NCBI RefSeq assembly: GCF_003918875.1
Contig: NW_025767270.1
Coordinates: 434,001 to 498,000, forward strand
Reading direction: 5' to 3'
DNA: 64,000 bases
Source: Haliotis rubra
Taxonomy: Eukaryota
Position 1 is the first letter of the stretch; each line of letters starts with the position of its first letter. The position numbers and the translations under genes were made by a program. The notes beneath the pieces were generated by a model that saw only the letters and a list, made by a program, of their open reading frames with translations, had not been told where the DNA came from and did no database searches. Below, piece after piece: positions 38,566 to 51,212 of the stretch.

Positions 38566-40320
38566 AATAGTCATATTTGGTGGAAGTTGTCATATCAGGG
38601 TATAGTACTTTAGTAAGTAGTCATACTTGACTTGGACATACCTGGTAGAGTCATATTTATTTGGAGTAGATAAGCCAGGTGTAGTCATATTTGAAGTAGA
38701 TAAGCCAGGTGTAGTCATATTTGGAGTAGATATGCCAGGTGTAGTCATATTTGGAGTAGATAAGCCAGGTGTAGTCATATTTGGAGTAGATATGCCAGGT
38801 GTAGTCATATTTGAAGTAGATATGCCAGGTGTAGTCATATTTGGAGTAGATAAGCCAGGTGTAGTCATATATGGAGTAGATATGCCAGGTGTAGTCATAT
38901 TTGAAGTAGATAAGCCAGGTGTAGTCATATTTGGAGTAGATATGCCAGGTGTAGTCATATTTGAAGTAGATAAGCCAGGTGTAGTCATATTTGGAGTAGA
39001 TATGCCAGGTGTAGTCATATTTGAAGTAGATATGCCAGGTGTAGTCATATTTGGAGTAGATAAGCCAGGTGTAGTCATATGTGGAGTAGATATGCCAGGT
39101 GTAGTCATATATGGAGTAGATAAGCCAGGTGTAGTCATATATGGAGTAGATATGCCAGGTGTAGTCATATTTGGAGTAGATATGCCAGGTGTAGTCATAT
39201 ATGGAGTAGATAAGCCAGGTGTAGTCATATATGGAGTAGATATGCCAGGTGTAGTCATATTTGGAGTAGATAAGCCAGGTGTAGTCATATATGGAGTAGA
39301 TAAGCCAGGTGTAGTCATATTTGGAGTAGATATGCCAGGTGTAGTCATATTTGGAGTAGATAAGCCAGGTGTAGTCATATATGGAGTAGATATGCCAGGT
39401 GTAGTCATATTTGGAGTAGATAAGCCAGGTGTAGTCATATTTGGAGTAGATAAGCCAGGTGTAGTCATATTTGGAGTAGATATGCCAGGTGTAGTCATAT
39501 ATGGAGTAGATATGCCAGGTGTAGTCATATTTGGAGTAGATAAGCCAGGTGTAGTCATATTTGATGTAGATAAGCCAGGTGTAGTCATATTTGGAGTAGA
39601 TATGACAAATGTAATCATATTTGGAGTAGATATGCCAGGTGTAGTCATATGTGGAGTAGATATGCCAGGTGTAGTCATATATGGAGTAGATATGCCAGGT
39701 GTAGTCATATTTGGAGTAGATAAGCCAGGTGTAGTCATATTTGAAGTAGATAAGCCAGGTGTAGTCATATTTGGAGTAGATATGCCAGGTGTAGTCATAT
39801 GTGGAGTAGATAAGCCAGGTGTAGTCATATATGGAGTAGATATGCCAGGTGTAGTCATATTTGAAGTAGATATGCCAGGTGTAGTCATATGTGGAGTAGA
39901 TATGCCAGGTGTAGTCATATTTGGAGTAGATATGCCAGGTGTAGTCATATTTGGAGTAGATATGCCAGGTGTAGTCATATGTGGAGTAGATAAGCCAGGT
40001 GTAGTCATATGTGGAGTAGATATGCCAGGTGTAGTCATATTTGGAGTAGATAAGCCAGGTGTAGTCATATGTGGAGTAGATATGCCAGGTGTAGTCATAT
40101 TTGGAGTAGATATGCCAGGTGTAGTCATATATGGAGTAGGCGTATCAGGTTGTGCCATATTAGGAGTAGACGTATAAGGTGGAGTCATATTAGGAGTAGA
40201 CATATAAGGTAGAGCCTTATTAGGAGTAGACGTATGAGGTAGAGCCATATTAGGAGTAGACATATAAGGTAGAGCCATATAAGGAGTAGACGTATAAGGT
40301 AGAGCCATATTTGGATTAGA
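38566..40320. repeat. 30-bp minisatellite, about 50 homogeneous units plus degenerate edge units
   Basis: Consensus ttggagtagatatgccaggtgtagtcatat with three recurrent variable positions; diverged units at 40140-40320. Confidence 0.98.
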
Positions 40321-42890
40321 CACACCATAAAGACGTCATACGTGAGTTGGCGTTTCACGTCTGGAATGGATTTGCTCGACGATGAAAAAAACTTAATGAA
40401 TAGGGTCGGCCTGTTGAAAATTCTAATAAAATCATGTGCACAGTTTCTCCGGTCCAGACTCCATCACTTCGAGGAAACCTACACATGGCGTCAATAAGAC
40501 TAACTAAGGAATTTTAAAAAAAACTGGCAGAGACAAATTAGATCAAACCATTATTAGTGGAATTCATGTCAGACCTACAATTTAAACCCTTCATTTTAGT
40601 TTGTGATTTGCCCTAACGCTTCCATCTCCCATAGGTGCCCAGAGACATGCATGTTCCCAAACCATTCCGAAAATAGATAGGCCTGTATATCAGCCATTTC
40701 ATCCATCAGCTGGCATCAGAATGAGACATTCACGACCAGTATGTTCAACAGGATATGAAACTCGTACAGGATATGTACTCGCTGTACATGTCGTGTTGCT
40801 TCTTCTTGTAATGAACCTTACCTTACTTTGTAACAAAGGTCTCCGCCAAATTTATTATGAGAAAATCTAATCAGAACCTTTTCACTCTAGCCTGTATATA
40901 TTAACAAGATTTAAAATTGGATTTGTGTCGTAGTAGTTGGTCTGATGTTGGATGGGAACCTAATATAGTCATTGTGGGAGGTTATTACAAACACATATTT
41001 CAAAAACGCAAAGTCGAAAGCTCGCCATGCTCTCAACATTTGTCAAATTAAACTGGGTGAGTGAAGGCTTTTTAACATCCCATTAATCTCTATTTAAGCA
41101 TGTATATATCAGACCTGTATATCAAATCTAAACTGGACAATATCCTGATTGAAGCATCCCACGAATAAACCAATTCAACGAACCTGACCACCCCCTCCAT
41201 CTAGTGGCGAAACGCACAGGTTGTTTGTCGCCAAACACCCTGAATCCCTGTAGACATGCAAGAGAGGCCGTTCAAACTCAGAAGTGGATTTATTAAACAA
41301 CAGCTTGAATCAAAAATAGCCATCACGACTTTCAAATCACATTTGATAGAAACAGACACGTACATGGTAGGGTTGGCAATAATCGGTACAACACCCGGGA
41401 CAGTATGATCATTGCTTTTTGCACTGGCTTTGAGCACAAACCTTAACCATGAATCAGTTAGCATTTTCATAAAACTCCATTTTTTCTACATAAAACCCTA
41501 TTTATTGTGTAATATAAACGTTTATTCCTTTGTATCTTTCTGTGACATTAAAAACACAGGGTATTATCGAAACTTGGGCCATATATGCTTTTCTGATTAT
41601 TTGACAGCAACTTTCATTATATTATTGTCCGAGGCTGTATTATCTCTGATATAACGTAATCAAATCAGGACGAACGGCGCCACACATAACAGCTAATGCT
41701 ATGTTCATAAGATGAAGTCACTGTCAGGTTATGTATCACGCAAGCCTATAAGAAGACCGCAAAACAACTCGTGTGTTTATTCCCTCTGAGGATAGGAGAA
41801 TCGAATAAAGCTCCTTATCACGTTAAGCTGATCGATGAGACATGTTGTGACAGTTGAAATGGGGATATATGCATCGTAAACACAACGTGTGACCGTATAA
41901 TCAAATCGATTTCCTATTCTTTGAAAGTGCTCAGTGTTCAGCTCTAAACAAGAGGGGTTGAAGTACCATGAGAGTTGCTAATCCCCTTATAGGTACAGGA
42001 TGTGTAAAAAGCAAACATAGGTGGGGAGTCCACCGTGTCAGTACATCAGAATATTAACGTAAATATTTTTCTCACTCTCAAATCGTGAGTGGTGCTTCAC
42101 AAAAAGGCGTCCTCTGAGACGGAACATATGACAAGTGTTAGCTTATCGACAGCAGTCAAGTAAAGAGGCGGTTTCCTGTGGAAAAGATAAAGTTAATTAG
42201 GGAGGCAAGGATCGTGTTTTTCTTCTTCAAATTTATTCTGAACTCATGTTTAAAAGAAGAAAATAATGGGCATATCATACACAGGCCTATGGCTCTGAGG
42301 ATTATGATTATGAATTGTGGCATTGTGCACGTGTTGTTACGGTTCGTGAAGGATTCAAGTTTAACACGTCGCAATTTATAACATACTATTTATTTTGGTT
42401 TACACTTTCTCAGTAAAGTACATAATGTAATACCTTTTTCGCTTGAGTCACGTCCGAGATTCCAACACACACTGTCGTTTTCTAGGTCCTAGGTGTCGGT
42501 TCTTGGACGCAACCCCCGAAGTGCTAGATTCTGTACTTTACTAAGAAAGTGTAATCCCAATTATAACAAATGTTCCATTTGACCACTTTCTAAATGACAC
42601 TGTGAATAGTGGTCAGTGCACACACAATAAACTCAGGACAGCGCAGAATCCAGATAATATTGACTCCGATACTGATGTCTAAATGTTTCAGAATTTATTG
42701 AACTTCTACATTACAAAATTACTGTTATGATGGAACAGTTATTTATTCGTTGTATAATTCTATGTATAATGTATGTTTTCAATCATATGTGTATCTTTGC
42801 TTATGTAAAAACCAATTAATATTTGCATAAAATGTCAGTCGTTATGTCTTTCCTACTTGTTATTAATCTATTTTTCTTTTATCTTTTCAG

Positions 42891-43248
42891 AAAGTCTCAG
42901 TCTTTGTGTCAGTTCTGACGCTGACAGCTATATCCATGGAGAGATGGATGGCGATCTGTCGTCCCTTGTGGTTCCGACAGACGTCTGTGAGAGCTAAACG
43001 GATCATTGTGTTATTGTGGGGTATATCATTCGCAGCTGCCATTCCTGACTTAGTAGTATTACAAACATATTACATCGAACGATATAACCTTACAATTTGT
43101 CAGCCGAGCTGGGATCTGAAGTTTGAGAAAATAAGCTTATTAACAATACTCGTGCTGTTTTACTTCATTCCTCTGCTAATTATGACGTTCGCATACGCAA
43201 AAGTTGCCATTTGCCTGTGGCGAAGTGGATCAGCCAATGAATCGACAG
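42891..43248 (+). CDS. Orexin/allatotropin receptor-like GPCR, second coding exon (TM3 to TM5, start of ICL3)
   Basis: Long polypyrimidine tract ending ttttcag at 42890. In frame with exon A: KVSVFVSVLTLTAISMERWMAICRPLWFRQTSVRAKRIIVLLWGISFAAAIP...C...LFYFIPLLIMTFAYAKVAICLWR (E/DRW signature of orexin/allatotropin receptors). Donor ACAG|GTAAGC after 43248; 358 nt, phase 1. Confidence 0.93.
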
Positions 43249-43487
43249 GTAAGCATTTATTTCTTCATACTATTCTCATTCCGCTTCCGGTTACAAAATT
43301 GCAATGCCTCTTAGGATTTTGTTATGTCATTAAATCTGATTTCTTTCTCCGATACAAAACCTCTGTGTGTGAAGATCTCAGAAAAACCCTTTATGAGTTC
43401 TTGCCAGTAAATCAGTCAATCATCTCTTCTAATTTTTTTGGTATTTGACCGAAGTTTTCAGTGGCATAGATGCACGTTATTGTTCCA

Positions 43488-43582
43488 GTAGATCGATGTT
43501 TATGACGTCAGTCACTGGATTGTCTTCTCCAGACTCGATTATTTACCGCCACCATAAAGCTTGAATATTGCGAGTGCGACAT
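43488..43582 (+). mobile_element. Family B 3' fragment
   Basis: tagatcgatg...cactggattgtc...cagactcgattattta...gaatattgcgagtgcg. Confidence 0.7.
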
Positions 43583-44301
43583 GCACAAACCTTCAAAATG
43601 CGACAATAGTAACCTTATCAATGTCACATCGACACGATATTTTGTGGATAAGTAATAGTGAACAAATTCAAATTGACACCTAACAGTAAATTAGCATGGT
43701 GTCACATTCGTACACGAGTTCCTCAGAATATATGTCATGCTACTCCATGAAAGCGATATTAAGTTTACCGCGTGAACGATATCCCATCTTAATATAATTA
43801 TTCCGAATATGAAATGAGCAAATGCCAACCGACCTTCATAAATCAAATCGATAGGTGACAAAATGTCTATCGCTAAACTGACATTATAAGTGCACCTTGA
43901 TGTTATATGCAAAATGGTTAAACATACTACATACTACATTGATTTGAATTAATGACTTGATGCGTCAAGATTTTCCTCAAGTCTGGTAACATTCTTAACT
44001 TGAGCGCTGCACTATAAAGAACAGTCATAATATAACTTTAATAGATTTTGATAGAATCTGGAACACATTTGAAGCCTGGGAGACAAGAGTTAGGTCCTCT
44101 CATATACCTAAGAAAACGAGTCCATAAGATTCTCCAACTCCCTGGGCCAGAATATAGTGGAAAGGCCCTTAGGGTTATAGTACTCTCTAATACCTCTCTG
44201 TCGATATTTAGCACAACAATGCCCTTCGCTGACTATCCACATATACAATGTATTACACTTGGAGCATTGAATAACACTGCTACACTGAATAACACTGGCA
44301 C

Positions 44302-44932
44302 CTGAGAAACATCGGGAAGATCAGGAAGTACCTTAATGGAGACACCGCAAAGTTTTTGACACACTGTTATATAACTGCCCGTCTGGACTATTGCAACTCA
44401 CTGGTCCACGGGGCCGCAGCAGTGCAACATCTCCAGAGGATTCAGAATATTGCTGCACGAGTCATCACAAGGAGCAAAATGATCGCCCACATCACTCCAG
44501 TGCTCAGCAGTTTACACTGGCTCCCTATCAAGCAGCGTATACACTACAAGATCCTCACCTTGACGTACAAAGTATTGTACAGTGACACTGCATCATCGTA
44601 TTTGAGGTCCCTACTTCACAAGCATTGTCCGAGGCGCTCCCTACGTTCAGCAGAAAACGACCTCCTCACAATCTCACACACAGACAGCAAAACGGGTGCT
44701 AAAGCATTCTCTGTGAAGGCTACCACTTTGTGAAATCACCTGCCACAAACGATAAAGAGTGCAGAGACCTACTCATCACTGTGTACCCTTGTGAAAACTT
44801 TTCTTTTCAATGATGCCTACAACTCCAATTCTTAAAGTTGACATACCAGTCAGACAGTTTTAAGCGCCACTGAGCAGCAAAAGTTTGAAGGAAGGCGCTA
44901 TACAAATCAATTATTATCATATATATTATTAT
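44302..44932 (+). mobile_element. 5'-truncated L2-clade LINE (C-terminus of ORF2 plus 3' UTR), decayed
   Basis: LRNIGKIRKYL...RLDYCNSL...LQRIQNIAARVIT...HITPVLSSLHWLPIKQRIHYKILTLTYK is the typical L2/CR1-group post-RT region. In-frame stop at 44731-44733. agcgc/ggcgct stem and a (TAT)n-like tail. Confidence 0.9.
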
Positions 44933-45236
44933 TTCATGACACCCTATACACGGGAGAGAAGATTTGTAATTGAGAGTGTGATTTTGGTAATATCACATAT
45001 TCACAATTTTTCAGTCATAGCTTAATGCCTAGTTCGATGCATAAACCACAGTGATACATGTATCTTCCGTTTTCGTTGAAAATGTGCAAGCGCACGATCG
45101 TACGTTTCTGGCACGTCTGAAGGACGGACTTATCCACAGCGAATTACAGCACAACTCGTCTATCCATAATTGCCCACCTCTTCTGCAATACACCAAATTA
45201 GTCATAATGACACAGACTAATCATATGAGGTAGGTG

Positions 45237-45484
45237 CAGTCAAACACGGCTGTGTCGAAGTTGAAGAGACCTATGTAAATACTTCGAGCTATCCGAGGTT
45301 CAGCTCATCAGCAAAACGGTGAATAAAGAATAGAACAGAGGAACCATGCTTTTACTTCGAGCTCTCCGAGGTTCAGCTCATCAGCAAAATGGTGAGTAAA
45401 GAATAGAACAGAGGAACGATGCGTTTACTTCGGGACAACCGTTGTTTCGACAAACTCGAAGTTCGACACAGCAGTGTTTGTTTG
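45237..45484. mobile_element. MITE with CAGTCAAAC-type TIR and an internal tandem duplication of about 74 bp
   Basis: cagtcaaacacggctgtgtcgaa / ttcgacacagcagtgtttgtttg; tacttcgagct...gaggaac occurs twice. Confidence 0.7.
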
Positions 45485-46217
45485 TCTCGATTTACTTATT
45501 TCCGAAATACATCAGTTCCAATCCTTTGTGAGAGAATAAAATCCTCAAAAATGCGTCAAATCTGGACTGTAAGTGTCGCGGTATTGAATTCGTCCTCTGT
45601 GGTAGTCTCTCTGTCTCATACAGCCTACTTGTTCCTAATCTCATAAAGAACAGATGTCAACACATCACCCTGTTGATACTCACGCGTGAATCTCACCAAC
45701 GAACACGTCTAGACGAGACGACGACGAGATTCCTGCTTGAGTCTCCTATTAATACTCTTTAAATGGTTACGACGGTTTCTTTGACACACACGTGATGTGC
45801 TAAGTAGCGCACTTGCTGTATGCATTTGGGGGATTGTGTCGCATTAAAAGACAATTAGTTACACTATTGAGGGGCACTTGGCGTTTTCCCCATCTATTTT
45901 ATGTGCTTAACAACGTTAAAAGGTTTTTTTCGGGATTTGAATCACATACAAACGTTCATATGATGAAACTGTCTTCTCAGAAGGCATGTTATTGACAAGT
46001 TAAAATAAATAATGAAATTATAATATCCGTCATAACAATGTAAAAACTGACATAAGTAACGTGAAAAATTTTATAATATTATATCAAAACGATTACAAAT
46101 GTAATTCTGTTTAAAATGTTATCTCCATCTTTGTATATAATATCTGTATTTCTTGATATATTTTCCAAGTACATGTGAGTTAACTGCATGAATCAATGTA
46201 AATTCCATCCATCTCAT

Positions 46218-46326
46218 TAGGTGCCTGACTCCGAGGGTGTCGGTTCGAGTCCCGGATGGGACTCAACTCAAAAAGTACTAGAATTTGTACTTTACTAAGA
46301 AAGTGTAATCCCAAATATAACATATT
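46218..46326 (+). mobile_element. Short tRNA-like interspersed repeat (second copy at about 42488-42572)
   Basis: B-box ggttcgagtcc; shares tgtactttactaagaaagtgtaatcccaa.tataaca with 42533-42568. Confidence 0.6.
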
Positions 46327-46951
46327 TTATTATATCTATTGTTGTTATTGGTGTCTCATGTACCACCGCTGATCTATGTTGACTATGTATGTATCTTTCA
46401 TATGCTCATCATGTATAAAGTGAACTTTCAACCTTTACAACCAGATTAAGTAAATACCTTTTGAAGATCGTTAATATCTATCTCGTTACAGAATATGGTT
46501 TTATTCATGTATATTTATTAATCATTTCGTGAAAAAATAGTATATTGGACAAAATGAATATTAGCATACGAGTCTTATCTTGGTACAAAATGTCATTATA
46601 GTTCCAGTTTTGGTCTAATTACAAGACATGTACCAGATAACATGTCAAAGTCGACCTAATTGTGGGAAAAAGACTATTAAACAGGTCTATAAAACCATCC
46701 ATCCGAAATAAAATGACCTCATTTACCATGAAACCAAGTTATATTATCTTTGAACAGAAGCTCTTACACTGCAACGATATCATGTTTCATTTACTTTAAC
46801 CCATTATGTTGTGAAGTGAGTACAAATAGTATTTACTTTCTCAATACTATGCCTCATGCTTGAATCGAAAAGATGAGTGATAGTGAATGTTGAGTTTCCC
46901 GATGCTTATATCAGTGATTCGTACCAACTCGTATTATTCCTGTACAAGCCC

Positions 46952-47360
46952 AATAGTCGTCTTGCAGGTTAGGGAAATGGGTGAGTGCTGACGAATGCTT
47001 GAATTCATGTAGTAGTGAGTCTGTAGAGTGGAGGAGAGAAATAATCGTCTTGCAGGTTACGGAAAAGGGTGAGCGGTGACGAATGCTTGAATCCATGTAA
47101 TAGTGAGTCTGTAGAGTGGAGGAGAGAAATAATCGTCTTGCAGGTTACGGAAAAGGGTGAGCGGTGACGAACGCTTGAATCCATGTAATAGTGAGTCTGT
47201 AGAGTGGAGGAGAGAAATAATCTTCTTGCAGGTTGAGGAAAAGGGTGAGCGGTGTCGAATGCTTGAATCCATGTAATAGTGAGTCTGTAGAGTGGAGGAG
47301 AGAAATAATCTTCTTGCAGGTTGAGGAAAAGGGTTTATTAGTGCTGACGAATGCTTCAAT
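46952..47360. repeat. 88-bp tandem repeat, about 4.5 copies
   Basis: Period 88 (47041, 47129, 47217). Confidence 0.95.
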
Positions 47361-47382
47361 TCGTATTATGTCTTACTGACAA

Positions 47383-47551
47383 NNNNNNNNNNNNNNNNNN
47401 NNNNNNNNNNNNNNNNNNNNNNNNNNNNNNNNNNNNNNNNNNNNNNNNNNNNNNNNNNNNNNNNNNNNNNNNNNNNNNNNNNNNNNNNNNNNNNNNNNNN
47501 NNNNNNNNNNNNNNNNNNNNNNNNNNNNNNNNNNNNNNNNNNNNNNNNNNN
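47383..47551. other. Assembly gap (169 N)
   Basis: Run of N. Confidence 1.
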
Positions 47552-49079
47552 GTGCTTTGCAATAAAATATAATACAGTACATTTCACTACAGACATACAT
47601 TAAACACAAAAAGCACCCGGCCATTTGGTCTATGAGACACTACATTCACAAGCATTATAACAAATATAATAACAAATAACAAATGCGTCAGTATTTACAT
47701 TTTTTTTTAAAATACCAGAGCAAATTCGAACACACACTCATCGGATCCAGGTATAAGTAAGGGACAATGCCCCCTTCCCCGACAGGTGAACACTGTAAAT
47801 TTGTCATCCTCAGTTGCGATGGTTACGGCTATGCGCTATATCACTTCCATCGTCAACACGTTGCCCGAGGCTTCGACGACTGCATTGATTGGCCTCGAGT
47901 CGATTATTTACAGGAAGTTGTGAAATAGCCAGAATGTTGCTGAGTGCCCGTAAGTAACAGTCGTTCCCAAGCTCAGCCATGAATAGTAAACCCCACCAAC
48001 ACTATCGACAGTGATCGATCATTTGATTTTACTTGAATCCATCGGTAAGCCTAGCTATTTATCTATTGCATCACTCAACGAACGCCTATTAAAGATAACA
48101 CTAGTTACATGTGATGGTATTTAACGACAAATAGTTCTCTAATTGAACACCGTTGATGGTATGATGGCCCAAGTAATGACAACGCATTGGTTAGTGGGGC
48201 ATTAGTTCTATTTTGGTGAACATTTACACGAGTACATTAACTTCACACATTTATTTGGATATTTGCTTTTGACCCTTATAACTGTTGGTAGAAATGTACG
48301 ACGTGTTGGGACGCGAATGCATTTATACCACAAACACACATCACTCTTTAATATTTGCGTTGGATAGTGGTAATGCATTTTACAACGCGGTGCAATTTGA
48401 GAATAATTGAAACCTTTTCAACCATGCCATTAGATTCGATAACGTTTGCCAACCACAAAATGGATTTTATTTTCACTGAGCTTGGATGAAAATACAAAAC
48501 ACAAACATTTCGCGATGTTCCAGCTATGAAATTTATCACGAATACACAATCTTCATGCTTTTATAGTTGTGGTTGAATGTGGTATCATCACAAAAATTCC
48601 TCACGCCCTGGAAGTTATTTTTCTTTTTTGTAGTTTAGTCAATCAGCACTCAGCAATACTCCAGCCATATGGTATGTAAATAATCGAGTCTGGTACACTC
48701 CTTTGAAGACAATATTAATGATTCATTTCAATGGTGAAACTGGTACCGGTGTCAAACTTGTATGAGGGGCATGGATATGCCACGGACATTTGCGCCCCTT
48801 AGCCGTGCTTGGATCTGCTGATTTGTAGGCTCAGTTTCAGTTGACCATCGGTTTACCCAAATTCGTGGATGTGACTGAAGTGGCAAACGTCTCATTAAGC
48901 AGGCATAACAACTGTTTAGGGCCAAACCTCAAAGTGTTAATACTGAATATTTTCTAACAACATGATAATCATTTCATGACTACAGAAACAAAGTTGAGAA
49001 TAAGGATATGATGTGTGTTGGCCTTTGCGGAAAGATCCAAATTTACAATGAGCCATATTTCATTCAACGAGTGAGTACC

Positions 49080-49350
49080 TGTGGCACTAGAAACCATTAT
49101 TAACCCGGTCGATCGACGATTACTCGATTATAACAGCTCCCTAGCTACAGGCAGTGTACAATCCAAGCCGCCTGTAAGGTCCTGTACAGTTAACAATTGC
49201 ATTCCTACCGGGTACCCGTTTAATGCCGGGTGAGCAAGTGGCATATTTCAAATAAGCCCCTTTCCTAAGGAGATACCACATGTTAACAAACAGTAGGAAG
49301 AGAGTCCCCAAACGCTAGAGAGCTGTTACCAAACACGGTCTCCAGTGCAG
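49080..49350 (-). mobile_element. Diverged relative of the 5S/Deu-like SINE at 7222-7603
   Basis: Reverse complement contains ggagaccgtgtttgg and ...cacccggca...ggtacccg...cttacaggcggcttgg. Confidence 0.5.
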
Positions 49351-50524
49351 CATTTGTAATTTTGTCAAATTCGGATTAATAGATGGTTTTCTTTTTCTTT
49401 CTTTGGAATATAGTTTCCAGAAAAATAGAAGAAATTGAAATTGCTCATATTTCAGTAGTTTGTGACTAGGCACTCGAGATCAAATGAAATAATTCGAATC
49501 CATGCATCTCAGTAACCACCCCATCGCTAAAACCCTTCCCTCTAGCTATAGGAACAGAACCAATCAATGTGAAGTGTGAGTCAGTATATTTACAATTACC
49601 TGACACTGAAGACTACACTGGTTTACGTCGGAGAAGTTATGTACATGAGAATAAAGTCGCCCGCTTATGTTGCTACCAAGTATATATACACGAGTCGAGC
49701 TTTAACACCAGATATCGGCCTGTTACACTATACTCAGGTTGGGAATGGAAGTGGGTTCACATTTTCGCGAACACCTGGTATCATTTCTATTTGATAGAGA
49801 TCCATGACTACATGTTGATATCGTAGTCGACTCTATTTTTGGCAGAGATTTCTCATGAGTATGGAAATAATTTTATCTCATTTTGTAATCACAAAGTCAT
49901 GTTTATAAGCATTATGTGAAACATGAATACTCCTTCATATTACTGAAAACCAGTATAAATATCATTGTTGAATTTCCAAACGAAACGTTGTAATAATATC
50001 CACGTAAATGTTAAAAGGAATCTATGCTCTGGCGTCAAAAGGATGTTTAACTTGATTATGGGTCAATCATACTGTGAAACTAATACATTGTACCTCAGCA
50101 TTCTCCATTAAATATTAACATTGTTAGACATTTAATAATCAAATTACATACAGCTGAACTAAACACTTTAAAGTATCTGTCATGTTTTCTGCCAACATTA
50201 CGTCTATAATTGTGTTTCAGTAGGTTCATTTCATATTCCAACAAACTGATCGAAGTTGTGAAACAGAATTAACACTCTGGCACTTACGATTTCTAACACT
50301 ATGTTTAAAATGAGTTTCGCACACTCAAAGCCGAAAATAAATACACTGCTCTTTAAAGTACAATTATAACATTTATCACGGGAAACATTTTTAATTTAGC
50401 AATGTATTCACAGTTGGACTGTATCTGAGATACTGCTGTTGACCGCTGTATGCGATATTTAAACTTTGTCATAGCGACTTTGTAATATGAGGGCAAACAA
50501 GTGATTGATCAGATAATGGCCATC

Positions 50525-51150
50525 CATTGTAACCACCTGTTGTCACTTGTCGGTTCTTTCGCCATACATTGTAGCCACATTTTGGCAGTTGTCGGTTCTT
50601 TCGCCATACATTGTCACAACATTTTGGCAGTTGTCGGTTCTTTCGCCATATATTGTAACCATATGTTGTCACCTGTCGGTTCTTTCGCCATACATTGTAA
50701 TCATCTGTTGTCACTTGTCGGTTCTTTCGCCATATATTGTAACCTTCTGTTGTCACCTGTCGGTTCTTTCGCCATACATTGTAACCACATATATTGTCAC
50801 TTGACGGTTCTTTCGCCATACATTCTAACCATCTGTTGTCACTTGTCGGTTCTTTCGCCATACATTGTACCCACATATATTGTCACTTGACAGTTCTTTT
50901 GCCATACATTGTAACCATCTGTTGTCACTTGTCGGTTCTTTCGCCATACATTGTAACCACCTGTTTTCACTTGTCGGTTGTGGTTCCACAAATTGTAAAA
51001 ATCAGTTGTCACTTGCTGGCTCTTGCGTCACAAATTCTAACACCTATTGTCACTTGTCGACTCTTGCGCCATGCATTGTAACTACTTATAGTCACTTATC
51101 GACTTGCGTGCAGATTGTAATTACCTCTTGTCACTTGTCGGCTGATGCGA
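50525..51150. repeat. 42-44 bp minisatellite, about 14 copies decaying rightwards
   Basis: Unit approximately tgtcacttgtcggttctttcgccatacattgtaaccatctgt. Confidence 0.95.
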
Positions 51151-51212
51151 CAACTATGGCATTCTTGAGCATATTTTCGAAAACTCGAAATTTAAAACCT
51201 AACTCAAACATA

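Larger units (their letters stand above)
3714..42890 (+). other. GT-AG intron of the receptor gene (39,177 bp, phase 0)
   Basis: Joining YLQ|KVSV gives an uninterrupted TM3 with canonical splice sites at both ends. Confidence 0.88.

Noticed and set aside
38590-40323. 577-aa and 516-aa ORFs as protein-coding genes
   Set aside because: They arise from a stop-free 30-bp unit. They have no signal peptide or domains, the recurrent variants are non-synonymous, and they lie inside an intron.
43249-43448. ORF-track extension of exon B and its GTG start at 42906
   Set aside because: Intron read-through; the true exon is bounded by splice sites at 42891 and 43248.
44356-44733. Host protein-coding gene
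   Set aside because: It is a truncated L2 ORF2 fragment with an in-frame stop.
38566-51150. Tandem arrays as CRISPR-like loci
   Set aside because: The units are contiguous with no unique spacers, no cas genes are present, and the context is eukaryotic.
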